Assembly (NCBI GenBank): GCA_965242925.1
Contig: CBDEUM010000030.1
Coordinates: forward strand, 160,001 to 224,000
Source: Roseibacillus sp.
GTDB taxonomy: Bacteria; Verrucomicrobiota; Verrucomicrobiia; Verrucomicrobiales; Akkermansiaceae
Direction: 5' to 3'
DNA length: 64,000 bases
Under the pieces are notes generated by a model, which was not told where the DNA came from, ran no database searches, and saw only the letters and a list, made by a program, of their open reading frames with translations. The translations under genes and the position numbers were made by a program. Below, piece by piece: positions 41,228 through 49,187 of this stretch (position 1 is its first letter; each line of letters opens with the position of its first letter).

Positions 41228-41639
41228 TATCAACGACATTTTCGCCGGCGACTACCTTCGCGCTGAGGACCTTCCCGCCGGCCGACCGGTGTGGGTGGAG
41301 ATCAGGAGCGTCGATGTCCGCCACTTCCCGGACGGAGCAAAGCTGGAACTAGCTTTCAAGGACAAGCGGAAACACTTCCTGGCAAACATGACCAATTCTC
41401 GAATCATCGCTGACCTCTACGGGGGCGAGACTGACGATTGGATCGAAAGGATGATTGGGCTGTACTCCACCAAGGTTGAGTTCCAGGGCCGGATGGTGCC
41501 TTGCATCCGCGTGAAGCCGCCCGAGAGCGTCCGCCACCGGGACGAACGGCCATTGGTGGATCCAGAACCGCCGATGAAGGATTCCCGTGCAGTATTGCGG
41601 AGCTATTCGGCCGACGACGAGGAGGAATTGCCTTTCTGA
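41220..41639 (+). CDS. Phage-type putative ssDNA-binding protein
   Basis: AGGAGG RBS before GTG 41220; YLRAEDL...NMTN...YG.ETDDW...VEFQG...IRV pattern; acidic tail DDEEELPF. Confidence 0.65.
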   Translation: MGNINDIFAGDYLRAEDLPAGRPVWVEIRSVDVRHFPDGAKLELAFKDKRKHFLANMTNSRIIADLYGGETDDWIERMIGLYSTKVEFQGRMVPCIRVKPPESVRHRDERPLVDPEPPMKDSRAVLRSYSADDEEELPF

Positions 41640-41662
41640 CAGATGAAGTCTGGAAAGAGAAC

Positions 41663-41684
41663 ACCCGCGGTGGCAGCCGCGGGT
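41663..41684. promoter_or_regulatory. GC-rich hairpin between the SSB-like and rep-like genes
   Basis: ACCCGCGG-TGGCAG-CCGCGGGT inverted repeat. Confidence 0.4.
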
Positions 41685-41837
41685 AAAGTGAAGACCAGTG
41701 CTGAGAGGCAAATGATCAACGAGGTGACTCTAATAGCCCGCGGACCAGAATTCAAGTGCAGTGTATTCTGTGCGGTTTCTGGCATGAGGACAGGCACTGG
41801 AGAGCTTGGGTTTCTCTAATTTGAGGAAGGAGGCATT

Positions 41838-42611
41838 TTGAGCATTCCAGCTTTGAACTGGGCCAAGGAAGACTGCAAGGCTCGCGGTTCCTTGCGGGGA
41901 ATCATCATGGTGCTTGCTGACCATGCCTCTCCAAAACCCACCCAGGGAACCGGGGATTTTCATGTCTGCTGGACGGGGCAGAAAACAATAGCCAGAGAGT
42001 CCGGATGGTCCGTGAGGTGCGTTGAGGACAACATTCCCAAACTAGCCAAGCACGACATCAAGGTTCTTCCCAGGCGGGTGCCAACGCCAAACGGAGCATG
42101 CAACCTTTACGTCTTTCCAATCAGTGATTCCCTAGAGGTTCCCACGGCATACGTGGAAACTGACGAGAAGGTTCCCACATCTGGTGCTGAGGTTCCCACG
42201 ACTCGCACGGAGGTTCCCACATCTCACGCAGAAGTTCCCACGGGTCCTGCGGGTAAACCCAAACCTAAACCCAAAGAGGAACCAGAATTAAAACCCAGTC
42301 CATCCAGCGAGCGAGCTACTGCTGAAGACGTTAATCTTCTTTGTAAGGAAACCACAGAAGGGGTTCTCTGGAAAGATGCGGGGGTTGGGCCGGGTTCGGC
42401 ATGTACGCTCAATGATCTATTTCTTAAAATCCAGACCTTGAAGAACCTGCTCCCTGAGCAGCGATGCAGAGCGCACCAAATCGCTCGCAAGGTCTGGGCG
42501 GACACTGATGGCGGCAAGCACCTCAGCGGCAAGCCTGTGAGGGACCTACAGGCAGTCCTGATGACCCGGCTCCAGAGTGAAGGTGTGATTAAGAAGAAGC
42601 GGAGGAAATGA
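41838..42611 (+). CDS. Phage-type replication initiator with N-terminal winged helix (HTH_36-like)
   Basis: GGAGG RBS and TTG start; MSIPALNWA...IIMVLADHA...CWTGQKTIARESGWSVRCV; internal iteron-like repeats. Confidence 0.7.
   Translation: MSIPALNWAKEDCKARGSLRGIIMVLADHASPKPTQGTGDFHVCWTGQKTIARESGWSVRCVEDNIPKLAKHDIKVLPRRVPTPNGACNLYVFPISDSLEVPTAYVETDEKVPTSGAEVPTTRTEVPTSHAEVPTGPAGKPKPKPKEEPELKPSPSSERATAEDVNLLCKETTEGVLWKDAGVGPGSACTLNDLFLKIQTLKNLLPEQRCRAHQIARKVWADTDGGKHLSGKPVRDLQAVLMTRLQSEGVIKKKRRK
42136..42297. repeat. Putative replication origin: five A(G/A)GTTCCCAC iterons plus an A-rich tract
   Basis: Copies at 42136, 42169, 42190, 42211 and 42232 (spacing 33, 21, 21, 21), followed by TAAACCCAAACCTAAACCCAAAGAGGAACCAGAATTAAAACCC. 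Confidence 0.7.
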
Positions 42612-42871
42612 CACAATCCACGCGGATTTTGGCAGGTCATTATCTGACAGGAGGCACGTGGAATAAGTGGTGGTTCCTTGTTTTGGAATGGCCCATGAAA
42701 TTCTCCCCCCATGCCCCCCGCATCGCACCCTCGATTGCGGCCGGTAGGGTTCCCATTGCCTCAGATTTGGGCCCGGCCCGCTGGTGAACGTCACGGGATT
42801 ACGGCCCTGAGGAATACCTTGGCGGCATTGGAGGCTACTGGGGCGGCCGGAACTGTCAGTAACTCGCGGCG

Positions 42872-45800
42872 TTACGGCGTTCCTTCGGGAACATCGGTCA
42901 CCCAGGGATAGAGGCTGAAGCGGTAACGATAGATCGCGGCCTCGCTGTCACGAGCCAGAGTAGACCCGATTTGTAGTCCCTCGCTGGTGAGCCAATTCGC
43001 GTTCAAACCGCCGTAGTTGGCACCAATAGTAACCCAGGCGCGATCCTCACCCGCGGTGCTACGCTGAAGCTCCACCATCACGTCCGGCGGCAGACCTGCG
43101 AGATCGACAGCCTGAACGAGAACGTCCGAATCGGTGACCCCCACCGAAAAAGGAATGCGGGGAGCGCTGTCGGGATCGAGCGGATCCCGGTCGAAGATAT
43201 ATTCCAACAGGTTCACGTTACCATCGCGATCCGGATCGGACAACGCTCCACTAATTGCGAGATCGTCAAGCTGAGCTTGGTCGAACGTCCGCGCCCGCCA
43301 GGTTGCCATTGGGCTCATGAGGTCCAACCGAATGGGCAGGCGGAAAAACTTGTCCGGTTCCAATGTGGGAGAAAATTCGACGACAAAACGATCCGACCCG
43401 ACCAGCGGCACGGTAACTTTATCGGGTGCGTCGGAATAAGTGGCTTGCCAACTGTCAACCAAGCGCAGCAGCGTTATGGTTCCACTGGCCGGTTCTTCCA
43501 CTACCGTGACCGAGAAATAGGGTGGAATCGGCAAAGAAAAGTGCTCTGTTGCAGGCAGTCCAGCAGTTATGGGAGGCTGGAGTGTTCCACGTAAACTGGT
43601 TGCCCATATATAAAACTTGATTGGGTTCGACACGCCGGCCTCGGTGGTCACCTGGTAACTGAGAGAAGTGACTCCCGTAAAATCGGGAGTGGGGTGAAAA
43701 CGAAAATCTCCCGTCTGAGGATCAACATCGAGGACAGTTCCCTCGGCCTGCGAATCATCGACGACCAGATCGAGGATCTCCCGGTAGGGAGCCCCATTTT
43801 CATCAAACAATCCGTCGTTGCTGTACAGGTTGTGGTGAAGCGTACTTGTATCAAAGATGGTAGTAGGATCCGCAACAAACCAGTCCGGTTCCCCGGCGAC
43901 CCTGGTCGAGCCAGGACCCACCTCGATAGCCACCACCGCTTCCTCCATTCTGACCAGCTGGAGGCTGTCCAGTTGGAAGCCCAGGTCTGAGCTGCTGGGT
44001 GTTATCGGGTTGAGGCCGTTGTGCAGGGAAATCGCCAGACAGTGATTTCCAGCAGAGAGTTCGACTTGATCCACGTTGACGACATGCTCGGCAGTTTCTT
44101 CTGGCCCTCCGGCCCAGGCCTCAGCAGTTCCTTCCGCCATGAGGAAGTAGCCGTCGGGCGCGGTCAACGCCACATGGACACCGGGCTCGAAGGAGCGAAA
44201 GAGCTCCTCGCCATCGAGGTAGGCAATCACGCCGTCATCCCGGCGTATCCGGGCCTCCAGCCGATAAATGCCCGACTCGGCAACCGGGAACATCGCACGC
44301 AGATAGGCTGTATAGCGCCGTTCAGGTTCGGGAAGGCCGAGGTTTATGTCGGGAGCTAAACCGCTCCCTGGTTCGGGAACTAAATTCCCGAGCACACCGT
44401 ATCCTATGGAGCCACCTTGCGCCCGGAGCCACGTTCGGGGCACGTCAAATCCGAGGGTGTTCCACTCCTCATCGAACCCCGGAGTATCCAGCCCGGGGGG
44501 ACGGCCGTCGAGGGGATTGAACGCTCGCCACGTCGATCGAACGTTCAGCACTGGGACCGGTTCACCGAGTTCCACAGCGTAGCTGAAGAGTTCCGTGCCA
44601 ATAAAATTCCGATGCGGTCGATAGCTGAAGGTTCCATCCGGGTTGAAGGTCAGATCCCCGTGCTCGGGGTCACGAGTCACCCAGACTTCACCCGGTAGCG
44701 GATCCGGCAGTCCCGCGTCATTCTGAAGCACACCCGGATGCACCAGCCCATCGGCAACAAGCGTTCTTCCCTGGGCCATGGCATAACCGTCGTCGGCAAG
44801 GTTGGTAACGGGGACGCTACCTGCGTCATTCGGGTCAGATCCTTCCACGATTTCATCCCCGTCATTAAAGCCGTCTCCATCTGTATCTGAGTCATTGGGA
44901 TTGGTGCCATGGACTACAATCTCCTGGTAGTTGGTCAGCCCGTCCCCGTCCGGGTCCCGGCCGTCCCGGTCAAAGTCCGCTCCCACCGTTTGGTTCTCGT
45001 CCATCATAGTCAGGCTGAGCGGGTTATCGGTGCCGGTGGCGTCCCCGGTCCAACCGGTGAAGAGATAGCCGGGGTCAGGGATGGCAGTGAGCGTGGCGCT
45101 GGTGCCGGGGAGGTAGGTTCCAGCACCTCTGATAGTGCCATTTTGTGAATTGCCAATGGCCAGTATCGCGAAAATATGAAGCGGATAAACCCTCACGTGC
45201 CCGGCATTGTCGCCATTTCCATTGTTACCTTCCGCCCCAATAGCCACCCGGTTACCATCAGCACTAAGAGAGACACTCCAACCGCTATAATCGCCAGCGG
45301 CCTCGCCATCGATATCCTGTCCAAGTTGGATCCACGTGTTTCCAGATAATTCATAAATGCGCACGTGCCCGGCAAGGGTGCCATTTCCATCGTTGCCGGG
45401 CGCCCCAATAGCCACCCGGTTACCATCCGCACTAAGAGAGACACTCCAGCCGCTCCCATCGTCAGCGGCCTCGCCCTCGATATCCTGTCCAAGTTGGATC
45501 CACGTGTTGCCAGATAACTCATAGATGCGTACGTGCCCGGGAAGCGCCGAGGGAGACCGGCCCCATCGTTGGGGCGCCCCAATAGCCACCCGGTTACCAT
45601 CAGCACTAAGAGAGACACTATGGCCGCTCTGGTCGTCAGCAGCCTCGCCATCGATATCCTGTCCAAGTTGGATCCACGTGTTGCCAGATAACTCGTAGAT
45701 GCGTACGTGTCCGGCATTGGTGCCATTTTCATCGTTCCAAGGCGCCCCAATAGCCACCCGGTTACCATCAGCACTAAGAGAGACACTATAGCCGCTATCG

Positions 45801-46408
45801 TCGCCAGCGGTCTCGCCATCGATATCCGATCCAAGTTTGATCCAACTGCGTCCAGATAACTCATAGATGCGCACGTGCCCGGCTCGGTCGCCATTTCCAT
45901 CGTTACCGTACGCCCCAATAGCCACCCGGTTACCATCAGCACTAAGAGAGACACTATAGCCGCTAAGGTCGCCAACGGCCTCGCCATCGATATCCTGTCC
46001 AAGTTGGATCCACGTGTTGCCAGATAACTCGTAGATGCGTACGTGCCCGGCATCGGAGCCATTTCCATCGTTGCCGGGCGCCCCAATAGCCACCCGGTTG
46101 CCATCAGCACTAAGAGAGACACGATAGCCGCTCCCATCGTCAGCGGCCTCGCCCTCGATATCCTGTCCAAGTTGGATCCACGTGTTGCCAGATAACTCAT
46201 AGAGGCGTACGTGCCCGGCATCGGAGCCATTTCCATCGTTCCAAGGCGCCCCAATAGCCACCCGGTTGCCATCAGCACTAAGAGAGACACTCTCGCCGCT
46301 CCAATCGCCAGCGGCCTCACCATCGATATCCTGTCCGAGCTGACTTTGCGCTGCGGCACCCTGCACCAAGCAAAGGATCGCAGCCAAAAGTAGGACAATT
46401 GTTTTCAT
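42872..46408 (-). CDS. Secreted adhesin-like protein: 7-blade FG-GAP-like beta-propeller, InlB-B-like repeat, Ca-binding DxDxDG repeats and Ig/cadherin-like domains
   Basis: Signal peptide; seven 56-aa repeats (VSLSADGNRVAIGA...GHVRIY); PDPGYLFTGWTGD; DPDGDGLTNYQE; NPDGTFSYRP. Confidence 0.9.
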   Translation of the reverse strand: MKTIVLLLAAILCLVQGAAAQSQLGQDIDGEAAGDWSGESVSLSADGNRVAIGAPWNDGNGSDAGHVRLYELSGNTWIQLGQDIEGEAADDGSGYRVSLSADGNRVAIGAPGNDGNGSDAGHVRIYELSGNTWIQLGQDIDGEAVGDLSGYSVSLSADGNRVAIGAYGNDGNGDRAGHVRIYELSGRSWIKLGSDIDGETAGDDSGYSVSLSADGNRVAIGAPWNDENGTNAGHVRIYELSGNTWIQLGQDIDGEAADDQSGHSVSLSADGNRVAIGAPQRWGRSPSALPGHVRIYELSGNTWIQLGQDIEGEAADDGSGWSVSLSADGNRVAIGAPGNDGNGTLAGHVRIYELSGNTWIQLGQDIDGEAAGDYSGWSVSLSADGNRVAIGAEGNNGNGDNAGHVRVYPLHIFAILAIGNSQNGTIRGAGTYLPGTSATLTAIPDPGYLFTGWTGDATGTDNPLSLTMMDENQTVGADFDRDGRDPDGDGLTNYQEIVVHGTNPNDSDTDGDGFNDGDEIVEGSDPNDAGSVPVTNLADDGYAMAQGRTLVADGLVHPGVLQNDAGLPDPLPGEVWVTRDPEHGDLTFNPDGTFSYRPHRNFIGTELFSYAVELGEPVPVLNVRSTWRAFNPLDGRPPGLDTPGFDEEWNTLGFDVPRTWLRAQGGSIGYGVLGNLVPEPGSGLAPDINLGLPEPERRYTAYLRAMFPVAESGIYRLEARIRRDDGVIAYLDGEELFRSFEPGVHVALTAPDGYFLMAEGTAEAWAGGPEETAEHVVNVDQVELSAGNHCLAISLHNGLNPITPSSSDLGFQLDSLQLVRMEEAVVAIEVGPGSTRVAGEPDWFVADPTTIFDTSTLHHNLYSNDGLFDENGAPYREILDLVVDDSQAEGTVLDVDPQTGDFRFHPTPDFTGVTSLSYQVTTEAGVSNPIKFYIWATSLRGTLQPPITAGLPATEHFSLPIPPYFSVTVVEEPASGTITLLRLVDSWQATYSDAPDKVTVPLVGSDRFVVEFSPTLEPDKFFRLPIRLDLMSPMATWRARTFDQAQLDDLAISGALSDPDRDGNVNLLEYIFDRDPLDPDSAPRIPFSVGVTDSDVLVQAVDLAGLPPDVMVELQRSTAGEDRAWVTIGANYGGLNANWLTSEGLQIGSTLARDSEAAIYRYRFSLYPWVTDVPEGTP

Positions 46409-46420
46409 AGCACCGTGACT

Positions 46421-47912
46421 CTACTCCTCCACGACGCGCAGGAACCATCTGGGTCTTGCAGACGGGTTGAAGGAATAGGAGCGTTGGATGATGTCGCCGG
46501 TACCGGTGATGCCCGCTTCCTCGACGCTCCAGTCCCGCAGGTTGGAGGAACTCTCGATCCGGTAGGGCTTACCGCTCTCGGCGGTGAATCCAAGGCTCAG
46601 GGCGTAGAGTTGACCCGGTCGCACGATGAATGTTTCCAACGTCAGATCGAGTGTCAGCGTTTCATCGCCTGGAAGCTGATAAACCCTCACGTGCCCGGCA
46701 CCGCCGCCATTTCCATCGTTATAGATCGCCCCAATAGCCACCCGGGTACCATCAGCACTAAGAGAGACACTATAGCCGCTATCGTCGCCAGCGGTCTCGC
46801 CATCGATATCCGATCCAAGTTTGATCCAACTGCGTCCAGATAACTCATAGATGCGCACGTGCCCGGCACCGCCGCCATTTCCATCGTTAGAGGGCGCCCC
46901 AATAGCCACCCGGTTACCATCAGCACTAAGAGAGACACTATAGCCGCTAAGGTCGCCAGCGGCCTCGCCATCGATATCCTGTCCAAGTTGGATCCACGTG
47001 TTTCCAGATAACTCGTAGATGCGTACGTGCCCGCCACCGCCGCCATTTCCATCGTTTCCTTCCGCCCCAATAGCCACCCGGTTACCATCAGCACTAAGAG
47101 AGACACTATAGCCGCTAAGGTCGCCAGCGGCCTCGCCATCGATATCCTGTCCAAGTTGCATGCTCCCGCGTCTAGATAACTCATAGATGCGTACGTGCCC
47201 GGCATGGAGGCCATTCCCACGGTTATAGGGCGCCCCAATAGCCACCCGGTTACCATCAGCACTAAGGGAGATACTCATGCCGCTCTGGTCGTAAGCGTTC
47301 TCGCCATCAATATCCTGTCCAAGTTGGATCCACCCGCGTCTAGATAACTCATAGATGCGTACGTGCCCGGCATCGGGGCCATTTCCATCGTTCCGGAACG
47401 CCCCAATAGCCACCCGGTTACCATCAGCACTAAGAGAGACACGATAGCCGCTCTGGTCGCCACCGGCCTCGCCATCGATATCCTGTCCAAGTTGGATCCA
47501 CGTGTTTCCAGATAACTCGTAGATGCGCACGTGCCCGACATGTGCCACCGTTCCTGATCGCCCCAATAGCCACCCGGTTACCATCAGCACTAAGAGAGAC
47601 ACTATAGCCGCTCCCATCGTCAGCGGCCTCGCCATCGATATCCTGTCCGAGCTGCACCCAACTGTTTCCAGATAACCCGTAGATGCGTACGTGCCCGGCA
47701 CTGGAGCCATTTTCATCGTTCCGGGGCGCCCCAATAGCCACCCGGTTGCCATCAGCACTAAGAGAGACACTCCTGCCGCTACTGTCGCCAGCGGCCTCGC
47801 CATCGATATCCTGTCCAAGCTGACTTTGCGCTGCGGCACCCTGCACCAAGCAAAGGATCGCAGCCAAAAGCAGGACGCGTGTAAGAAATGTTGCCCTAGC
47901 CGTTCCGGTCAC
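46421..47912 (-). pseudogene. Second 7-blade FG-GAP-like beta-propeller protein with conserved C-terminal domain; frameshift near 47545
   Basis: ORF 47430..47912 holds the signal peptide and blades 1-2; ORF 46421..47839 holds blades 3-7 and the C-terminus; the blade-2 loop is 22 nt instead of 30 nt. Confidence 0.8.
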
Positions 47913-47995
47913 AAGAAGTCCATTAACACTTTCGACACAGGGGTAGCAAAACCTAGCGGTGCAAATTTAGGGCAGGAACGCCAATTCCTTGTTTT

Positions 47996-48016
47996 TTGGG
48001 CACCTATTGGGCACCA
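47996..48016. promoter_or_regulatory. Putative integrase arm-type binding sites (TTGGGCACC x2)
   Basis: TTGGGCACCTATTGGGCACCA just inside the right att. Confidence 0.6.
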
Positions 48017-48064
48017 GCCAGAAGCGGCCGGACCCCCGGATTCTCGTAACCCGTTGAGCGCCAG

Positions 48065-48139
48065 TGGAGCCAATGGTCGGATTTGAACCGACGACCTGAT
48101 CATTACGAATGACCTGCTCTACCCCTGAGCTACATTGGC
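48065..48139 (-). tRNA. tRNA-Thr (anticodon CGT)
   Basis: Reverse complement GCCAATGTAGCTCAGGGGTAGAGCAGGTCATTCGTAATGATCAGGTCGTCGGTTCAAATCCGACCATTGGCTCCA. Confidence 0.97.
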
Positions 48140-48509
48140 TTTTTACTGGCGTTCAGGAGGTTGGGTTGCTTTTGCCCGTCTCCAGCTTGCAAGCGGAGAA
48201 GGGATCGGCACTGGAGATGCCCCCGGACGGCCGCGATTTACCCCCGGCCTGATCTCTTCGCAAGCCTGTATCGGCCGACGCCCCCCCTTTGCCCTCTCTC
48301 CACCGCTGGATCCGCAGGTTTCCCATTGCCCCCCGATTCCCGGGTCCCTCCCCACAGCCAGTCAGTGTCCTCGGCCTGCCACGTTCCGGTCGATTACAAA
48401 AAGGGGCCCGATATGTAATAGCCTGCGGAGATCGGAGCCATTTTGATCTCAATTCGTAAAGGATGACAGTTTTTCGGCTTGGCTGTGTGACCCGGTCAAT
48501 GCCAACCTT

Positions 48510-49151
48510 ATGAAAATGCTTGAATGGTGGCTCAACTTGGAACCCGAAGGGATGCAGACCTTCGTGACGATCGGGGTCGCATCCAGCGCGGTTCTTTTTC
48601 TCCAAATGATCTTCATCCTGGCGGGCGGGGCTTTTGATATTCCTGATTTCGATCTTGATGTCGGGGAAGGAGGAGCCACCGGAATGTTCTCGATCCGGGG
48701 AATCGGAGCCTTCTTCACCGGATTCGGATGGACCGGAGCCGCCATGCTCGACGGGGGAAATTCCCTCCTGATGTCCGTCCTGGCCGCAACCCTCGTGGGG
48801 GTGGCGGTGCTGGTCGGCTTCGTAGGGCTGATGCGCTGGCTCTATAGCCTGCGCTCGGAGGGCACCAAGGACTACAACAACGCCATCAACCAGATCGGCA
48901 GTGTCTATGTTCCCATCCCCCCCCGACGCCAGGGCCTCGGTCAGATCGAAGTTCTCGTCCAGGGGCGCACGACGACCGTCAGGGCGCTCAGCGATAACGA
49001 AGAACGCATCGAGAACCGGACCGCCGTCAAGGTGATCGAACTGGTGGATGAGAGAACGCTCCTCGTGGAGACTCTGAGTCCATCCCCCGGGGAGGACACC
49101 CCGGAAGAGGCAACCGGTCCGGAACCCGGAAACGACGACCCCACCTCCTGA
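48510..49151 (+). CDS. NfeD-like membrane protein (flotillin partner)
   Basis: Three TMs plus OB-like C-terminus (GSVYVPIP...GQIEV); directly upstream of the SPFH gene. Confidence 0.8.
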   Translation: MKMLEWWLNLEPEGMQTFVTIGVASSAVLFLQMIFILAGGAFDIPDFDLDVGEGGATGMFSIRGIGAFFTGFGWTGAAMLDGGNSLLMSVLAATLVGVAVLVGFVGLMRWLYSLRSEGTKDYNNAINQIGSVYVPIPPRRQGLGQIEVLVQGRTTTVRALSDNEERIENRTAVKVIELVDERTLLVETLSPSPGEDTPEEATGPEPGNDDPTS

Positions 49152-49178
49152 CAATCAACAATCAACAATCAACAATCA
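49151..49178. repeat. Heptamer tandem repeat (ACAATCA)x4
   Basis: Direct inspection; ends 10 nt before ATG 49188. Confidence 0.9.
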
Positions 49179-49187
49179 ACAACAACC

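Larger units (their letters stand above)
38967..48109. mobile_element. Integrative element (~9.1 kb) inserted in tRNA-Thr(CGT)
   Basis: 76-bp terminal direct repeats containing the tRNA 3' half; integrase, xis-like, SSB-like and rep-like genes; cargo of two beta-propeller genes. Confidence 0.93.

Noticed and set aside
42608..42870. Small ORFs or a packaging site downstream of rep (also a 58-codon ORF at 41643-41819)
   Set aside because: No recognisable motif or homology; cannot be supported from sequence alone.
45185..47912. Diversity-generating retroelement (TR/VR) behind the blade variation
   Set aside because: No reverse transcriptase ORF in the window, no non-coding template copy, and the differences are not confined to adenines of one template. 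A trans-acting RT elsewhere cannot be excluded.
45185..47912. CRISPR array (conserved ~45-bp motif recurring every ~168 bp)
   Set aside because: The intervening sequences are homologous and in-frame coding; no cas genes.
38967..48109. Complete prophage or ICE
   Set aside because: No structural, packaging, lysis, relaxase or T4SS genes between the att sites.
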